The notes: a model not told the origin generated them from the sequence alone. Shown: positions 20,267 through 30,361, numbered from the stretch's first letter. The stretch: 64,000 nt of DNA from Candidatus Bathyarchaeota archaeon (GCA_963717465.1 OY970340.1:2912001-2976000); one strand, 5' to 3'. Numbers and translations: made by a program.

Positions 20267-20358
20267 CGGGTTCTTATATATCGCAATAGACCTCCATACG
20301 CCCAAAGGGAGACGGCTTTTTAGCGATAAGTCTCCAAAAAAGAAAGGAATGGAATAAA

Positions 20359-23313
20359 ATGCGAAAAATAACTAAACTTAGAAGGTCTATTAGAGCAATA
20401 TCTCCGATAATCTCAACATTACTACTCATAGCTATTGCTGTTGTAGCTTCATTAGTTGCTTATGCCTGGGTTATGGGCTTTATAGGAAATAAGAGCTCTC
20501 AGGCAGGCGACGCTGTACAAATTCAAAGCTACACGTCAAAATCAGGCAACTTAACCATTTATGTTCAGAATACAGGGCAAAATCTTGTGCATCTTAAACA
20601 AAATGGCAGTGTATACGTTAATAACACCTTATATCTGATTACTCAAAGCCCATCAGGAACTAACGTTGCAGCTGGTTCTCTAATACCGATACCTGTTGGC
20701 CAAACCGTTGAAATTGTCACGAATTTTCCTTATAATCCTACAGATTACATAACGATTAAGATTGTTTCCGTTGAGGGAACTTTTATTCAAACATCTGGAG
20801 CAGCAGTGTCTGGAGGATCAAATTCTGTTCTTACAAGCTTAATTATTAGTCCGAATACAGCATCGGTTACAGCAGGTTCTGCGGAACCGTTCACAGCCAC
20901 AGCATACGACCAAACTAACAGCAGCATGGGGACTGTTTCTGCGGTCTTTAGCGTCAACGGAACCGCAATTTCCGGCGGCACAGTAACTGAGAATATAACA
21001 GGCACATACATCATTACTGCAACTTACGGCGGAATTACAGCTAACAACTCAGCTACTTTACAGGTTACAGTTGGAGCCGCCAAGACATTAGTTATTAGTC
21101 CAGGTTCAGAATCGATTCCCGCAGGCACTTCCCAGGTATATTCAGCTACAGCATATGATCAATATGGCAACAGCTTAGGCGATGTAACTTCGACTTCAAC
21201 ATTCAGCGTTAACGGCACTTCTATTTCTGGCAGTTCAGTGAATGAGACAACGGTTGGTACTTACATTGTTACGGCAAATTATAGCGGTGTCACATCGAAT
21301 TCGGCTACTCTTCAAGTGAGCGCTTCAACATCTAATACGGAGTTTAGTGTTACTGGCTTCCCAAGCCCGGTTACTGCTGGTGTTGCAGGCAATGTTACGG
21401 TGCAAGCAGTGGACCCCTATGGAAACATTGTTACAAGTTATTCTGGCACTGCTCATTTTACATCAAGTGATTCAAAAGCTGTTTTGCCTGCAGATACGAC
21501 GCTTACCAATGGTGTAGGCACTTTCAGTGTTACTTTGGAAACAGCAGGCACCCAATCTATTACCGCCACTGATACAGTTACATCATCGATAACGGGTTCC
21601 CAGACGAGCATTACAGTTAATCCTGCAGCTGCAACCAGCTTGACGATTAGTCCTAATCCAAGCACTGTTTCAGCTGGCAACACGGTAACTTGCACTGCCT
21701 TGGCTGTTGATCAGTATAACAATCAATGGAATGTTACTGCTTCGACTTCTTGGGCTATAAACGCTAGTGCTGCTGGCTCATGGAGTGGCAATGTTTACAC
21801 TTCCCACACCGCTGGATCTTGGACCATTACAGGCACTTTCTCCGGTATTCAAGGCACTGCGCAGTTAACGGTGAGCCCTGGCACCCTATCAACATTCACT
21901 GTAACTGGCCAAGGGTTAGCATCAGGCATCGGCACGCAAAACGCAGGAACCGGATTCTGGATAACTATTAATGCCACTGACTCTTGCGGAAATCTGGTTA
22001 CTAGCTACATTGGAACAAACACGTTGACGCTAGACATTGTAGGCGGCGGAACTGGAACGATAACCATAGTTAGCGGCGGAAGCGGAACGACTACAAACGC
22101 TTTCACTGGAGGCAGTTGGACAGGCGAGGTAACGGCATCATCTGCAGCACCTTCGCTAGAGTACATCTACACAACAGGCGGAGGAGTAAGCGGACAAAGC
22201 CAAAGCTTCCTAGTCAAATCTACTCCAACCGGTCAGCCATACTTAGTGTTCATTGGAGGCACAAGTCAAACGCTATCCGCAGGAACCAGGTCAGCAGTAA
22301 TAACGGTCGAACGATACAGCGGCTCAGGCATTCCACAAACTTCAGGAGCATTAACTGTTAACTTAGGAGCATTAGAAAACAGCCAATCAGAAGGTAACTT
22401 CTATTTGACAGCCACAGGCACTGGCACCACAACGTCAGTCACAATTCAAAATAGTTATAACAATGCAACCTTCTACTATAATGATACTGTTGCTGGAACC
22501 GTAACAATCGAGGCACAAGCAACTGGCTACACAGAAGCGACGACGGATTTCACAATAAACCCAGGATCCGTGAATGCTTTCCAAATCACCTCCAGTGGCG
22601 GCATTCAAGAAACCACAATCTTAAACTACGACAATTTCTACTACTTGGGTACTGCGACTGCTGGTCAATCATTCTCCATAACTATCACTGCAGTCGACCA
22701 ATATGGTAACCCTGCAACAAGCTTCACAGGAACAGTTACATTAGCAGACTCCAGCCCCTCCGGCGACTTTAGCCCGACTTCTGTCATCTTCTCAAGCTCG
22801 AACCTCGGCGTTGTCAACGTAGGAATAAACGTCACCAAAGTTTACACGGCTAGCACTCTTGGATTTTACTTGGCTGGCACTAGTGGTTTAGACTCGATAA
22901 CTGCAAGCTACAAAAGTGGAAGCACAACGGCTACAGGCACAAGCTATCTGGCTGTAAATGCAGGAGCCCCTGCAAAGCTAGTGTTCACAGTAGCACCCAC
23001 AACAGTCCAACATAGCACCTCCAGTTCAGGCAGCGGTCTGCATGTCTCAACAGTATTCACAGTACAACTTGAGGATCAATACGGCAACCCTGTGAGTGGC
23101 GCCACAATAAGCCTAAGCTCATCTTCGAGCACCGGTACTTTCTATTCTAGCTCCTCTGGTTCTAGCGGTTCCAAAATTACCTCAGTAACCACCAATGCTG
23201 GATTGGCCAACTTTTACTACTCAGACACAACATCTTCAGGAACTGGCACATACACCATCACAGCTTCCTACTCATCTAGCCTGCAAGCCACGACATCTAT
23301 CAAAGTGACATAA
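20359..23313 (+). CDS. Giant pilin-adhesin: type IV pilin domain plus tandem Ig-like repeats
   Basis: RA|ISPIISTLLLIAIAVVASLVAYAW; about 7 repeats with DxxGN/DQYGN-like motifs; Ser/Thr/Gly-rich; no C-terminal TM. Confidence 0.88.
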   Translation: MRKITKLRRSIRAISPIISTLLLIAIAVVASLVAYAWVMGFIGNKSSQAGDAVQIQSYTSKSGNLTIYVQNTGQNLVHLKQNGSVYVNNTLYLITQSPSGTNVAAGSLIPIPVGQTVEIVTNFPYNPTDYITIKIVSVEGTFIQTSGAAVSGGSNSVLTSLIISPNTASVTAGSAEPFTATAYDQTNSSMGTVSAVFSVNGTAISGGTVTENITGTYIITATYGGITANNSATLQVTVGAAKTLVISPGSESIPAGTSQVYSATAYDQYGNSLGDVTSTSTFSVNGTSISGSSVNETTVGTYIVTANYSGVTSNSATLQVSASTSNTEFSVTGFPSPVTAGVAGNVTVQAVDPYGNIVTSYSGTAHFTSSDSKAVLPADTTLTNGVGTFSVTLETAGTQSITATDTVTSSITGSQTSITVNPAAATSLTISPNPSTVSAGNTVTCTALAVDQYNNQWNVTASTSWAINASAAGSWSGNVYTSHTAGSWTITGTFSGIQGTAQLTVSPGTLSTFTVTGQGLASGIGTQNAGTGFWITINATDSCGNLVTSYIGTNTLTLDIVGGGTGTITIVSGGSGTTTNAFTGGSWTGEVTASSAAPSLEYIYTTGGGVSGQSQSFLVKSTPTGQPYLVFIGGTSQTLSAGTRSAVITVERYSGSGIPQTSGALTVNLGALENSQSEGNFYLTATGTGTTTSVTIQNSYNNATFYYNDTVAGTVTIEAQATGYTEATTDFTINPGSVNAFQITSSGGIQETTILNYDNFYYLGTATAGQSFSITITAVDQYGNPATSFTGTVTLADSSPSGDFSPTSVIFSSSNLGVVNVGINVTKVYTASTLGFYLAGTSGLDSITASYKSGSTTATGTSYLAVNAGAPAKLVFTVAPTTVQHSTSSSGSGLHVSTVFTVQLEDQYGNPVSGATISLSSSSSTGTFYSSSSGSSGSKITSVTTNAGLANFYYSDTTSSGTGTYTITASYSSSLQATTSIKVT

Positions 23314-24130
23314 CCTAATAAGGTCCCTAAACCCTCTTTTCTTTTTTTTGTCAAAGCCTTCAAACAGTAATACAGAACCCTTATTGAATCTGTTTCATAA
23401 AATGTTAAATGAATTGCACAAAAAGGGCTTATTCCTTTTTATCGATTACGTAATTCTTAGCTCTTTATAGATTTATTTTTGGGCAGATGGATTATGGAGA
23501 ACGCAAAGTGAGTAAGGTTCGCTAGTTGGATTGGCACAGTGGGAAGTGAACGATAGCAGAGCGACTCGAACATCATCCTGTGTTGTTTTGTCTATCATCT
23601 AATAGTCAATCCCTTAAAATCCTTCGATAACTCGGCGGTCTATGACTATTCTTAACCAAGGTCTTTTTATCATCGCTCGTTTAAAAATAACAATTAACCG
23701 CCTATTTTTATTAAAGGAATTTAGGGGACTGAGCACTAATTGGTTAAGATGTACGCGCGCTCCAACGGGTCTTGAAGAATAAAATGGGCATTCTGATTAT
23801 CTGGCCAAATCCTTATTCTTCTTTGTCAAGCGCCATATCAACCAGTGCCAAACCCTGTTGAGTGGATTAAAATTGGTTAAAATGCTTTTTCTGAAATCTG
23901 GCTGGAAGCTAGTACTCTTTACATGAAGAAGTCACTTTAACAAGGTGCTGGTGCCTGAAATATGCTATAAACTTTGATCGACACAAACCTAAACACAAAC
24001 TCATTTCCCCAATATCATTCGAAAAATTTTGAATTAAAGAACATGATTAATTCATCAATTTTGAGTTTTTTAGTTTCATTTTGCGAAGAAAAAAATACCG
24101 CGAAAGTGAGTTTCGCTGTTTTGATATTCA

Positions 24131-24145
24131 TAGAGCATTATTCCG
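24131..24145. promoter_or_regulatory. Palindromic operator copy 3 (TAGAGCATTATTCCG), upstream of TTTATATA at 24151
   Basis: 13/15 match to the consensus. Confidence 0.65.
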
Positions 24146-24229
24146 TCCATTTTATATAGTTTTTTAAACGTATCTAAGGCAGGAAAAAACTGTTAGCATC
24201 AACTTGCTTCGAAGAAGGGTGAACAGAAA

Positions 24230-25786
24230 ATGAAAAAACAACGAAATGCGATAACGATAGGAATCACTTTGTTTCTCGTAGTAGTTTTATGTTTATCAAT
24301 GTTTTTAGCTTTTGTGCCAAAAGCGAGCGCTCAGACCCAGGACTGGTGGCCTATGTTCATGCATGACTCAAACCACAGTGGCTCCTCCACTTCATCTGCT
24401 CCGCTCACAAACAATACCTTGTGGAGTTACCCGACGGCTGGTGCCGTCGTTTCCTCTCCAACCGTTTATAACGGCATGGTTTATGTAGGCTCAGAAGATG
24501 ATTATGTTTACGCATTCAATGCAACCACAGGGAATCTTTTATGGGTCTATCCGACAGGCGGCGCAGTGGAAACTTGTCCCGCAGTAGCCAATGGCATGGT
24601 TTACGTTGGCTCAGATGACAACAACGTTTACGGATTAAACGCCACCACGGGATCTGAAATCTGGAGCTTCCCGACCGGCGCTGCCGTGCTATCTTCTCCC
24701 ACCGTCTCAAGCGCGATATTGTATGTTGGTTCTGACGACGGCAACGTTTATGCATTAAATGCTGACACGGGAACACAAGTCTGGAACTATACGACTGGTG
24801 CCGCTGTAACATCTTCTCCAGCAGTTGTCAACGGCTACGTTTACGTTGGCTCAGAAGATGGCAATGTTTATGCATTAAATGCCGCTTCGGGCGGTTTATA
24901 CTGGAGTTACACCACGAACGGCGAAGTTGAATCTTCCCCCGACATCGCCAACGGCGTAGTATACGTTGGTTCCTTAGTTTCAGGAGCTGATACTGCCAGG
25001 TTTTATGCTTTGGACGCCAACACTGGAGCATTGGACTGGAATGACACAATGGGCAACTCAATCACCTCGTCTGCCGCAGTCGCAAACGGCATAGTTTATG
25101 TTGGCACAATCAATTATGGAGCGTACAAAGGAGATGTCTACGGCTTAAACGCTACCTCAGGTCAAATGATCTGGGGCTACGGGACTGGCAATTCAGTTTC
25201 TTCATCCCCCGCTATCGCCAACGGTGTGGTGTTTATCGGATCAGACGACGACTACGTTTATGCCTTAAACGCATCCACAGGCTCAGTTATATGGAATTAC
25301 TTAACCAACGGAGCAGTGGAGTCATCTCCAGCAATCGCCAACGGCGTCGTCTACGTGGGTTCGAGTGATGATAACATTTACGCTTTTTACACGCCATCTC
25401 AACCAATCTCTACCCCCACTCCTACCGTTACGCCATCTCCTTCTGTGTCACCCACAGCCACTCCAACTCCAACCGCTACTCCAACCGCTACCCCAACGAC
25501 CACTCCATCTCCAACGCCGACGGGAACACCATCGCCTACCCCAACTGTAACCGCTACATCTTCGCCACAACAAACTGCGACACCATCTCCAACTCCAGAA
25601 AGTACTCCATCAACTAATCAAACTCCCAGCCAAGAAGCATTCTATTCCACTCCTATGGGCGAAGTCATCATTGCAGCTATCGTAATTATCGTCGTTGCAG
25701 TAGTTGCTTCAGTTCTTCTATGGAGCAGAGGCCACCGCAAGCCAAAAACTCAACCAGCCCCAACAACTTATGAAGGCACATTCTAG
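24230..25786 (+). CDS. PQQ-like beta-propeller surface protein with Pro/Thr stalk and C-terminal TM anchor
   Basis: Signal peptide; WPMFMHD; about 8 SSP(A)V.NG.VYVGS.D..VYALNA.TG repeats; (TP)n linker; TM followed by a basic tail. Confidence 0.92.
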   Translation: MKKQRNAITIGITLFLVVVLCLSMFLAFVPKASAQTQDWWPMFMHDSNHSGSSTSSAPLTNNTLWSYPTAGAVVSSPTVYNGMVYVGSEDDYVYAFNATTGNLLWVYPTGGAVETCPAVANGMVYVGSDDNNVYGLNATTGSEIWSFPTGAAVLSSPTVSSAILYVGSDDGNVYALNADTGTQVWNYTTGAAVTSSPAVVNGYVYVGSEDGNVYALNAASGGLYWSYTTNGEVESSPDIANGVVYVGSLVSGADTARFYALDANTGALDWNDTMGNSITSSAAVANGIVYVGTINYGAYKGDVYGLNATSGQMIWGYGTGNSVSSSPAIANGVVFIGSDDDYVYALNASTGSVIWNYLTNGAVESSPAIANGVVYVGSSDDNIYAFYTPSQPISTPTPTVTPSPSVSPTATPTPTATPTATPTTTPSPTPTGTPSPTPTVTATSSPQQTATPSPTPESTPSTNQTPSQEAFYSTPMGEVIIAAIVIIVVAVVASVLLWSRGHRKPKTQPAPTTYEGTF

Positions 25787-26136
25787 GAACAGGAAGCCTG
25801 CACTCGTAAACCTATGCAGTTACAAGCTTACCAAAAGCAATCGCCACAGTTCCAGTCGATTTCGAAAGCAAAACCCCACGCTTTCTTTACAATATTTCAT
25901 GCACAAATACCACGTTAGAATAAGACCGCCCACAATGCCTAGTTAGCATGATTAGCCTTTGTTCTTAGCTAACTCATGGATAACATTTTATGAAGAATCT
26001 ATTAACGGCACAAAAGCCAAAAATGCGAGACACAAAAAAGACCATGAAAATAAAAAATGAAGTTAGAAATATGCCTGCACGTTTTGGGTAAACTAATTTT
26101 CCTCTTGCTCGCATTATATTGGGAGCATACTGCCCT

Positions 26137-26535
26137 CTAGTCGCGTGTGTTTATAATTGGCCCTTTGCTTATGTATAAAGTGCTAACCTTGAACCTTGTC
26201 TTTACATAGTTTCTACTGATCTTGTTATTCAGAACCGCAATGATCTCGCGTTGCTTTTGGAGAAAGTCTAAGCCTTTCGGCGTTGCTTGATAGATTTCTC
26301 TGCCTTCTAATTCTTTCTTTTCTAAAAGACTCGTTTCTGTCAAGATTGAGAGGTATTGATTGAGCTGAGTGAAGCTAAGGTTAGCTTTCAACATAATGCT
26401 TGTCTTAGAATTCCCCGCTTTGGCAATATCAATAATCTCTGAAATAATGACCAGTTTATCCCTTCGTTTTGGAGCATCATCTTCCGACAACGTTATTGTC
26501 ATACAACTTCCCCCATTTTCACTTAGCGCACGCAC
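26137..26535 (-). CDS. Archaeal winged-helix transcription regulator (HTH_45-like)
   Basis: RRDKLVIISEII...KTSIMLKANLSFTQLNQYL...YQATPKG; likely start MTITL at 26502. Confidence 0.85.
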   Translation of the reverse strand: MRALSENGGSCMTITLSEDDAPKRRDKLVIISEIIDIAKAGNSKTSIMLKANLSFTQLNQYLSILTETSLLEKKELEGREIYQATPKGLDFLQKQREIIAVLNNKISRNYVKTRFKVSTLYISKGPIINTRD

Positions 26536-27010
26536 GCGCTAATAACAATTTCGACTAGTATTATAAGTCAGATATTTCCTAAAAAATAATATATCAATTC
26601 ACATAATATGATTTAAAATCAGTCATAAATTGTTAATTTTAAATGCAACATTCAGGCAATCACTGTATTAATTTCAATGTACAGGTCAACTCTTTTATTA
26701 ACTTTTACTGAAGAAAACTACTGAAGATGCAAAAACCAAAAAACTATACACAAAAGATTATTGCAAAATAAAAAAATGAAGCCTAGAAAACGAACGCATA
26801 CGGAAAACACACGAGTGCTCACACAATTTTTCATAATATCGTTAAAAACAGCTCGTAAATTCACGCGTTTTCCACCTTTAATGGTCGTATCTTAATAGCG
26901 GACTTAACAAGCAAAGAGATTTTAATCAACGAGTGCACTAAGTTTAAAATATCACAGTATGCACATAACAAACAAATACACATTTCACTTTATGGTAAGG
27001 AAACTTCAAG

Positions 27011-27661
27011 ATGAAATTGGTAAAAACAGGAATTGCTGGTCTGGATGAATTCTTAACAGGTGGATTACCACCCAAAGTTATCCTCCTCATAGGCCCACCT
27101 GGGTCAGGTAACGAAGTTTTCGCTAGACAGATAAGTTATACAAGGGCAAAACAAGCTGGAATAACTTATTTTACAATAGCCGCTACAGCTGAAAATGTAA
27201 GGGACGATATGACAGTATATGGGTGGGATATAGCATCACTTGAAAAAAGTGGAAACTGGAAGTTTAAAAAAATAGCTGAAAACGCTCGATTAGAAGAGGC
27301 TATTATTAAAGAGATGGAAGAGAACCAGACTGTAGTTATAGACTCGTTTTCTGAATTGCTTTTAACAAGAAAGATTGGGGAAATCACCAATCTTATTTCA
27401 ATTATGTCCCATCAAAACAAAAACAGTGAAAACTATCATCTATTACTCCTTACAGAAGGAATGCAAGATCCAAAAACTGAGACGATAATGCAGCACTTTG
27501 CAGAAGGCGTAATTATGTTTGCCACAACTTTAACAGCAGACACCATGCATACTGACATGTTAATTAAGAAGATAAAAGGCAGTTTCGCACCAACCCGACG
27601 ACTCCCCTACAGCATAAGCAAGAAGGGATTCTTAATAGAAACAGCCACAAGAATAACATAG
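27011..27661 (+). CDS. KaiC/RAD55 (RecA-superfamily) protein with degenerate Walker A
   Basis: KTGIAGLDEFLTGGLP, GPPGSGNE, VVIDSFS, IKKIKG. Confidence 0.85.
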   Translation: MKLVKTGIAGLDEFLTGGLPPKVILLIGPPGSGNEVFARQISYTRAKQAGITYFTIAATAENVRDDMTVYGWDIASLEKSGNWKFKKIAENARLEEAIIKEMEENQTVVIDSFSELLLTRKIGEITNLISIMSHQNKNSENYHLLLLTEGMQDPKTETIMQHFAEGVIMFATTLTADTMHTDMLIKKIKGSFAPTRRLPYSISKKGFLIETATRIT

Positions 27662-27744
27662 CAACATGAACATTAATTTAGAATCAATAGTTTGAATTCA
27701 TAATTTACTTATTACAAATCTGTATAGGTGTTCAACGATGATAC

Positions 27745-27951
27745 ATGAAACCAATTCACAACAATAAACGACAACTAATGAATGATTGCCTTTTAGTAAT
27801 ATTTGTGTTTGGAAGTATTGGCATCTCATTAAAATTCGCAACATTCTTCAATCAATGGGTTTATTTTCCATCTTTTCCAAACGCATTGGATTCAACCTTT
27901 CTAATTACATCTGTATCCTACCTAACCTGGAGGGCAATCAAACGAAAATAA
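27745..27951 (+). CDS. Small two-TM hypothetical protein
   Basis: 68-aa hydrophobic ORF. Confidence 0.35.
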   Translation: MKPIHNNKRQLMNDCLLVIFVFGSIGISLKFATFFNQWVYFPSFPNALDSTFLITSVSYLTWRAIKRK

Positions 27952-28018
27952 GAGCCCGAATGGAAGGTATACTCAGGTAGGCTTTTCAAAAATTCTTCTT
28001 TTGCTCAAAAAACGACTG

Positions 28019-28033
28019 TAGAAGATTATTGCA
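28019..28033. promoter_or_regulatory. Palindromic operator copy 4 (TAGAAGATTATTGCA), upstream of TTTTATT at 28041
   Basis: 13/15 match to the consensus. Confidence 0.6.
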
Positions 28034-28093
28034 TAGTCGTTTTTATTCAAGTTGCCGTAACTATTCAACAATTCTTGAGAGGAGAAAATAAAA

Positions 28094-28543
28094 TTGTTTA
28101 ATGGAAAATTAAAGAAAATCCGCAGAAATATCAAGGCGATATCACCGATTATTTCAACCCTGCTCTTAATTGCTATCGCAGTCGTAGCGGCACTTGTCAC
28201 TTATGCGTGGGTTATGGGATACATTGGCTTCCAGACAAGCAAATCAGGTCAATCAATACAAATACAAAGCGTAACAGATAATAATTCAACCGGTACATTA
28301 ACCGTCTACGTTCAAAATACTGGTCAAGCAGCACTCACCGTAGATAGTCACAGTCTCTATGTAAATGGCACACAAATGACCATCAGCGCAGGCACGGGCA
28401 CTATTAATTCAGGCAGTACTGCTGCGCTTACGGCAACTGCGCCTACAAACTCTGGCGTAACCATTATGAGCGGTGCACAAGCAACAATAAAGGTAACCAC
28501 AACCACGGGAACATACAACCAAGTAACACAAGCGTTGCCATAA
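28094..28543 (+). CDS. Type IV pilin, close paralog of 13037-13486
   Basis: Identical KAISPII...FQTSKSG segment; same length (149 aa). Confidence 0.9.
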   Translation: MFNGKLKKIRRNIKAISPIISTLLLIAIAVVAALVTYAWVMGYIGFQTSKSGQSIQIQSVTDNNSTGTLTVYVQNTGQAALTVDSHSLYVNGTQMTISAGTGTINSGSTAALTATAPTNSGVTIMSGAQATIKVTTTTGTYNQVTQALP

Positions 28544-28800
28544 GAAAATAACCACACAAAAAAATTTTTCTATTTTTTGTTATTTTACCAGGTTCAATGC
28601 TTTTGCTGGTTAACTGCTCATAAATACATAAATCGCTATTAAAAAAAGCGATTTCACCGAAACAATTCCAGAACAAGCAATTCAGGAATATGCGTTTTCG
28701 CATCATTATACGATACTTTCCAAATCGAGATGCGTAGTTTATAAAGGCTTGATTAGAATAAAATATCAAAATTAAATTAGCTTGAGAGAGTCGAAGGAAA

Positions 28801-29259
28801 ATGATGAATTGCAAAAAACTATTAAAGAATAGTAAGGGTATTTCTCCAATATTTGCTACTCTTATTCTCATCGCTATAGCTGTGATCGCTGGAGTAGTCG
28901 TTTACATGTTCACCAGCGGAACAGTCGCAACAATGACAAACGGCGGCACGGCAGGGCAAGAAAAAATAACAGTACAAGCTTCTAGCTACAGTGGCAGTAC
29001 GATAACTGTAATTCTTGAGCAAACTAGTGGTCCTAAAGCAACGGTGAACGGCCTAATAGTTAAAGATGCAAATGGAAACACTATCGGCACTGCAACAAGT
29101 CTCCAGCTAGGCGGCAGCAGTTCTTCATTGACTTTAACAACAGGACAACTCCAGACAGTAACGGGAACTTATAGTGGCCTTAGCTCCTCGACACACTACA
29201 CCGTCACTGTAACGACAGCCGCAGGCGGCAGTTTCACTTCAACACAGTTCCTCGGCTAA
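28801..29259 (+). CDS. Type IV pilin (divergent)
   Basis: KG|ISPIFATLILIAIAVIAGVVVY. Confidence 0.88.
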   Translation: MMNCKKLLKNSKGISPIFATLILIAIAVIAGVVVYMFTSGTVATMTNGGTAGQEKITVQASSYSGSTITVILEQTSGPKATVNGLIVKDANGNTIGTATSLQLGGSSSSLTLTTGQLQTVTGTYSGLSSSTHYTVTVTTAAGGSFTSTQFLG

Positions 29260-29406
29260 AAACTTTTGCGCTGATACGTCGCGTTATCATTTAGTTAGCT
29301 TGGATTAAAAAATAATCCTCAAACTTAGTTTTGAATTATCGAAGCCTAGTTTTCCTTTCTCGCGGATTATTTCGCTAACAGGAAAACCTCTTCATTAATC
29401 AATGTC

Positions 29407-30197
29407 TCAAACGACTGATGACCGACGATATCTCCGAACTCTTAGGCCATTATTCAGGATGCTTCCTCTTAAGTCATCTCTAAACTTAATCAGCTTTGAC
29501 CGTATTCTTTCTTCTTCAACGTACCGTAAAGCGACATCAAAAATTCTTAGCTGCATCTTAGGATTCGTCACTAACTTGCTTCTTAAAAGCCCACCCGACC
29601 TTTTTATCAGTGGTATTGGCACTTCACCAATTCTAAGACCACTCCTCAAAGCTTTGATATTCATTTCTGTTTCAATCTCGAACCCATCACTTTCAAGCTT
29701 CAATTTATCCCAATTCTCCCGCGTTATCGCTCTGAAACCTGCCAGTGGATCCCCAGAAACCTTAAAACCTACAATTTCTCTAAATAAGGTGCCCACAACC
29801 AGTTGATAGGGAAGAAAGTATGCTCTATACAATTTAGAATCTTGTTTGAAACTTTTTGCAATTCTTGTACCCAACACTAAGTCGTGCGCTTTTAGATTCT
29901 TTATCAATTCAGGGATATATTGAGGAGGATCAGTACCATCACCATCCAAAAATATTAACACATCACCACGGCTTTGTTTTACCCCTGATTTCATTGCCCT
30001 CCCTTTTCCCGGTTTTTTGATTCTACAATAACTTTTGCCCCAAGCCGCTTTGCTATAACAGGCGTCAAGTCTGTGGAAGAGTCTACAACAATGATTTCAG
30101 ATTCTTTTTCGATTTCCTCTGGAATTTCACAAAGCACTTTTGCTATGCCGCACTCTTCGTTTTTCGTAGTTATTATTATGCTATATTTTAGCGTCAT
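29407..30197 (-). CDS. GT2 (Dol-P-mannose synthase-like) glycosyltransferase; frameshift in an A-run near 30015
   Basis: SIIITTKNEE, IIVVDSSTD, FLDGDGT, GFEIETEM; adding one A gives ESKKPGKGRAMKSG. Confidence 0.85.
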
Positions 30198-30361
30198 CTT
30201 CTGCCTTCTTAAATTAATGTTAATTCAATAATCATTTGAACAGTGATATAAAAATAAAATCTTTAAAAAACGCTAGCTGCTCTGGACAACTGAAAGTAAA
30301 CGGAACAGACTTTTGACCATTAATTGCCATTTTTGGAACCATGATAACAACCGTTATGTGT

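Noticed and set aside
23340..24120. Hidden gene or ncRNA in the long gap after the giant pilin
   Set aside because: Only short ORFs without motifs and no convincing structure seen by eye; cannot be excluded without a search
25400..25630. Tandem DNA repeats as a non-coding element
   Set aside because: Explained by the Pro/Thr linker codons of the beta-propeller protein
28754..28768. Additional operator copy upstream of the 28801 pilin (TAGAATAAAATATCA)
   Set aside because: Only 12/15 in AT-rich DNA with a poor right half-site, and it lies downstream of the TATA box
28094..29259. Silent pilS-like cassettes
   Set aside because: Both genes are full length with signal peptides and TATA-like promoters
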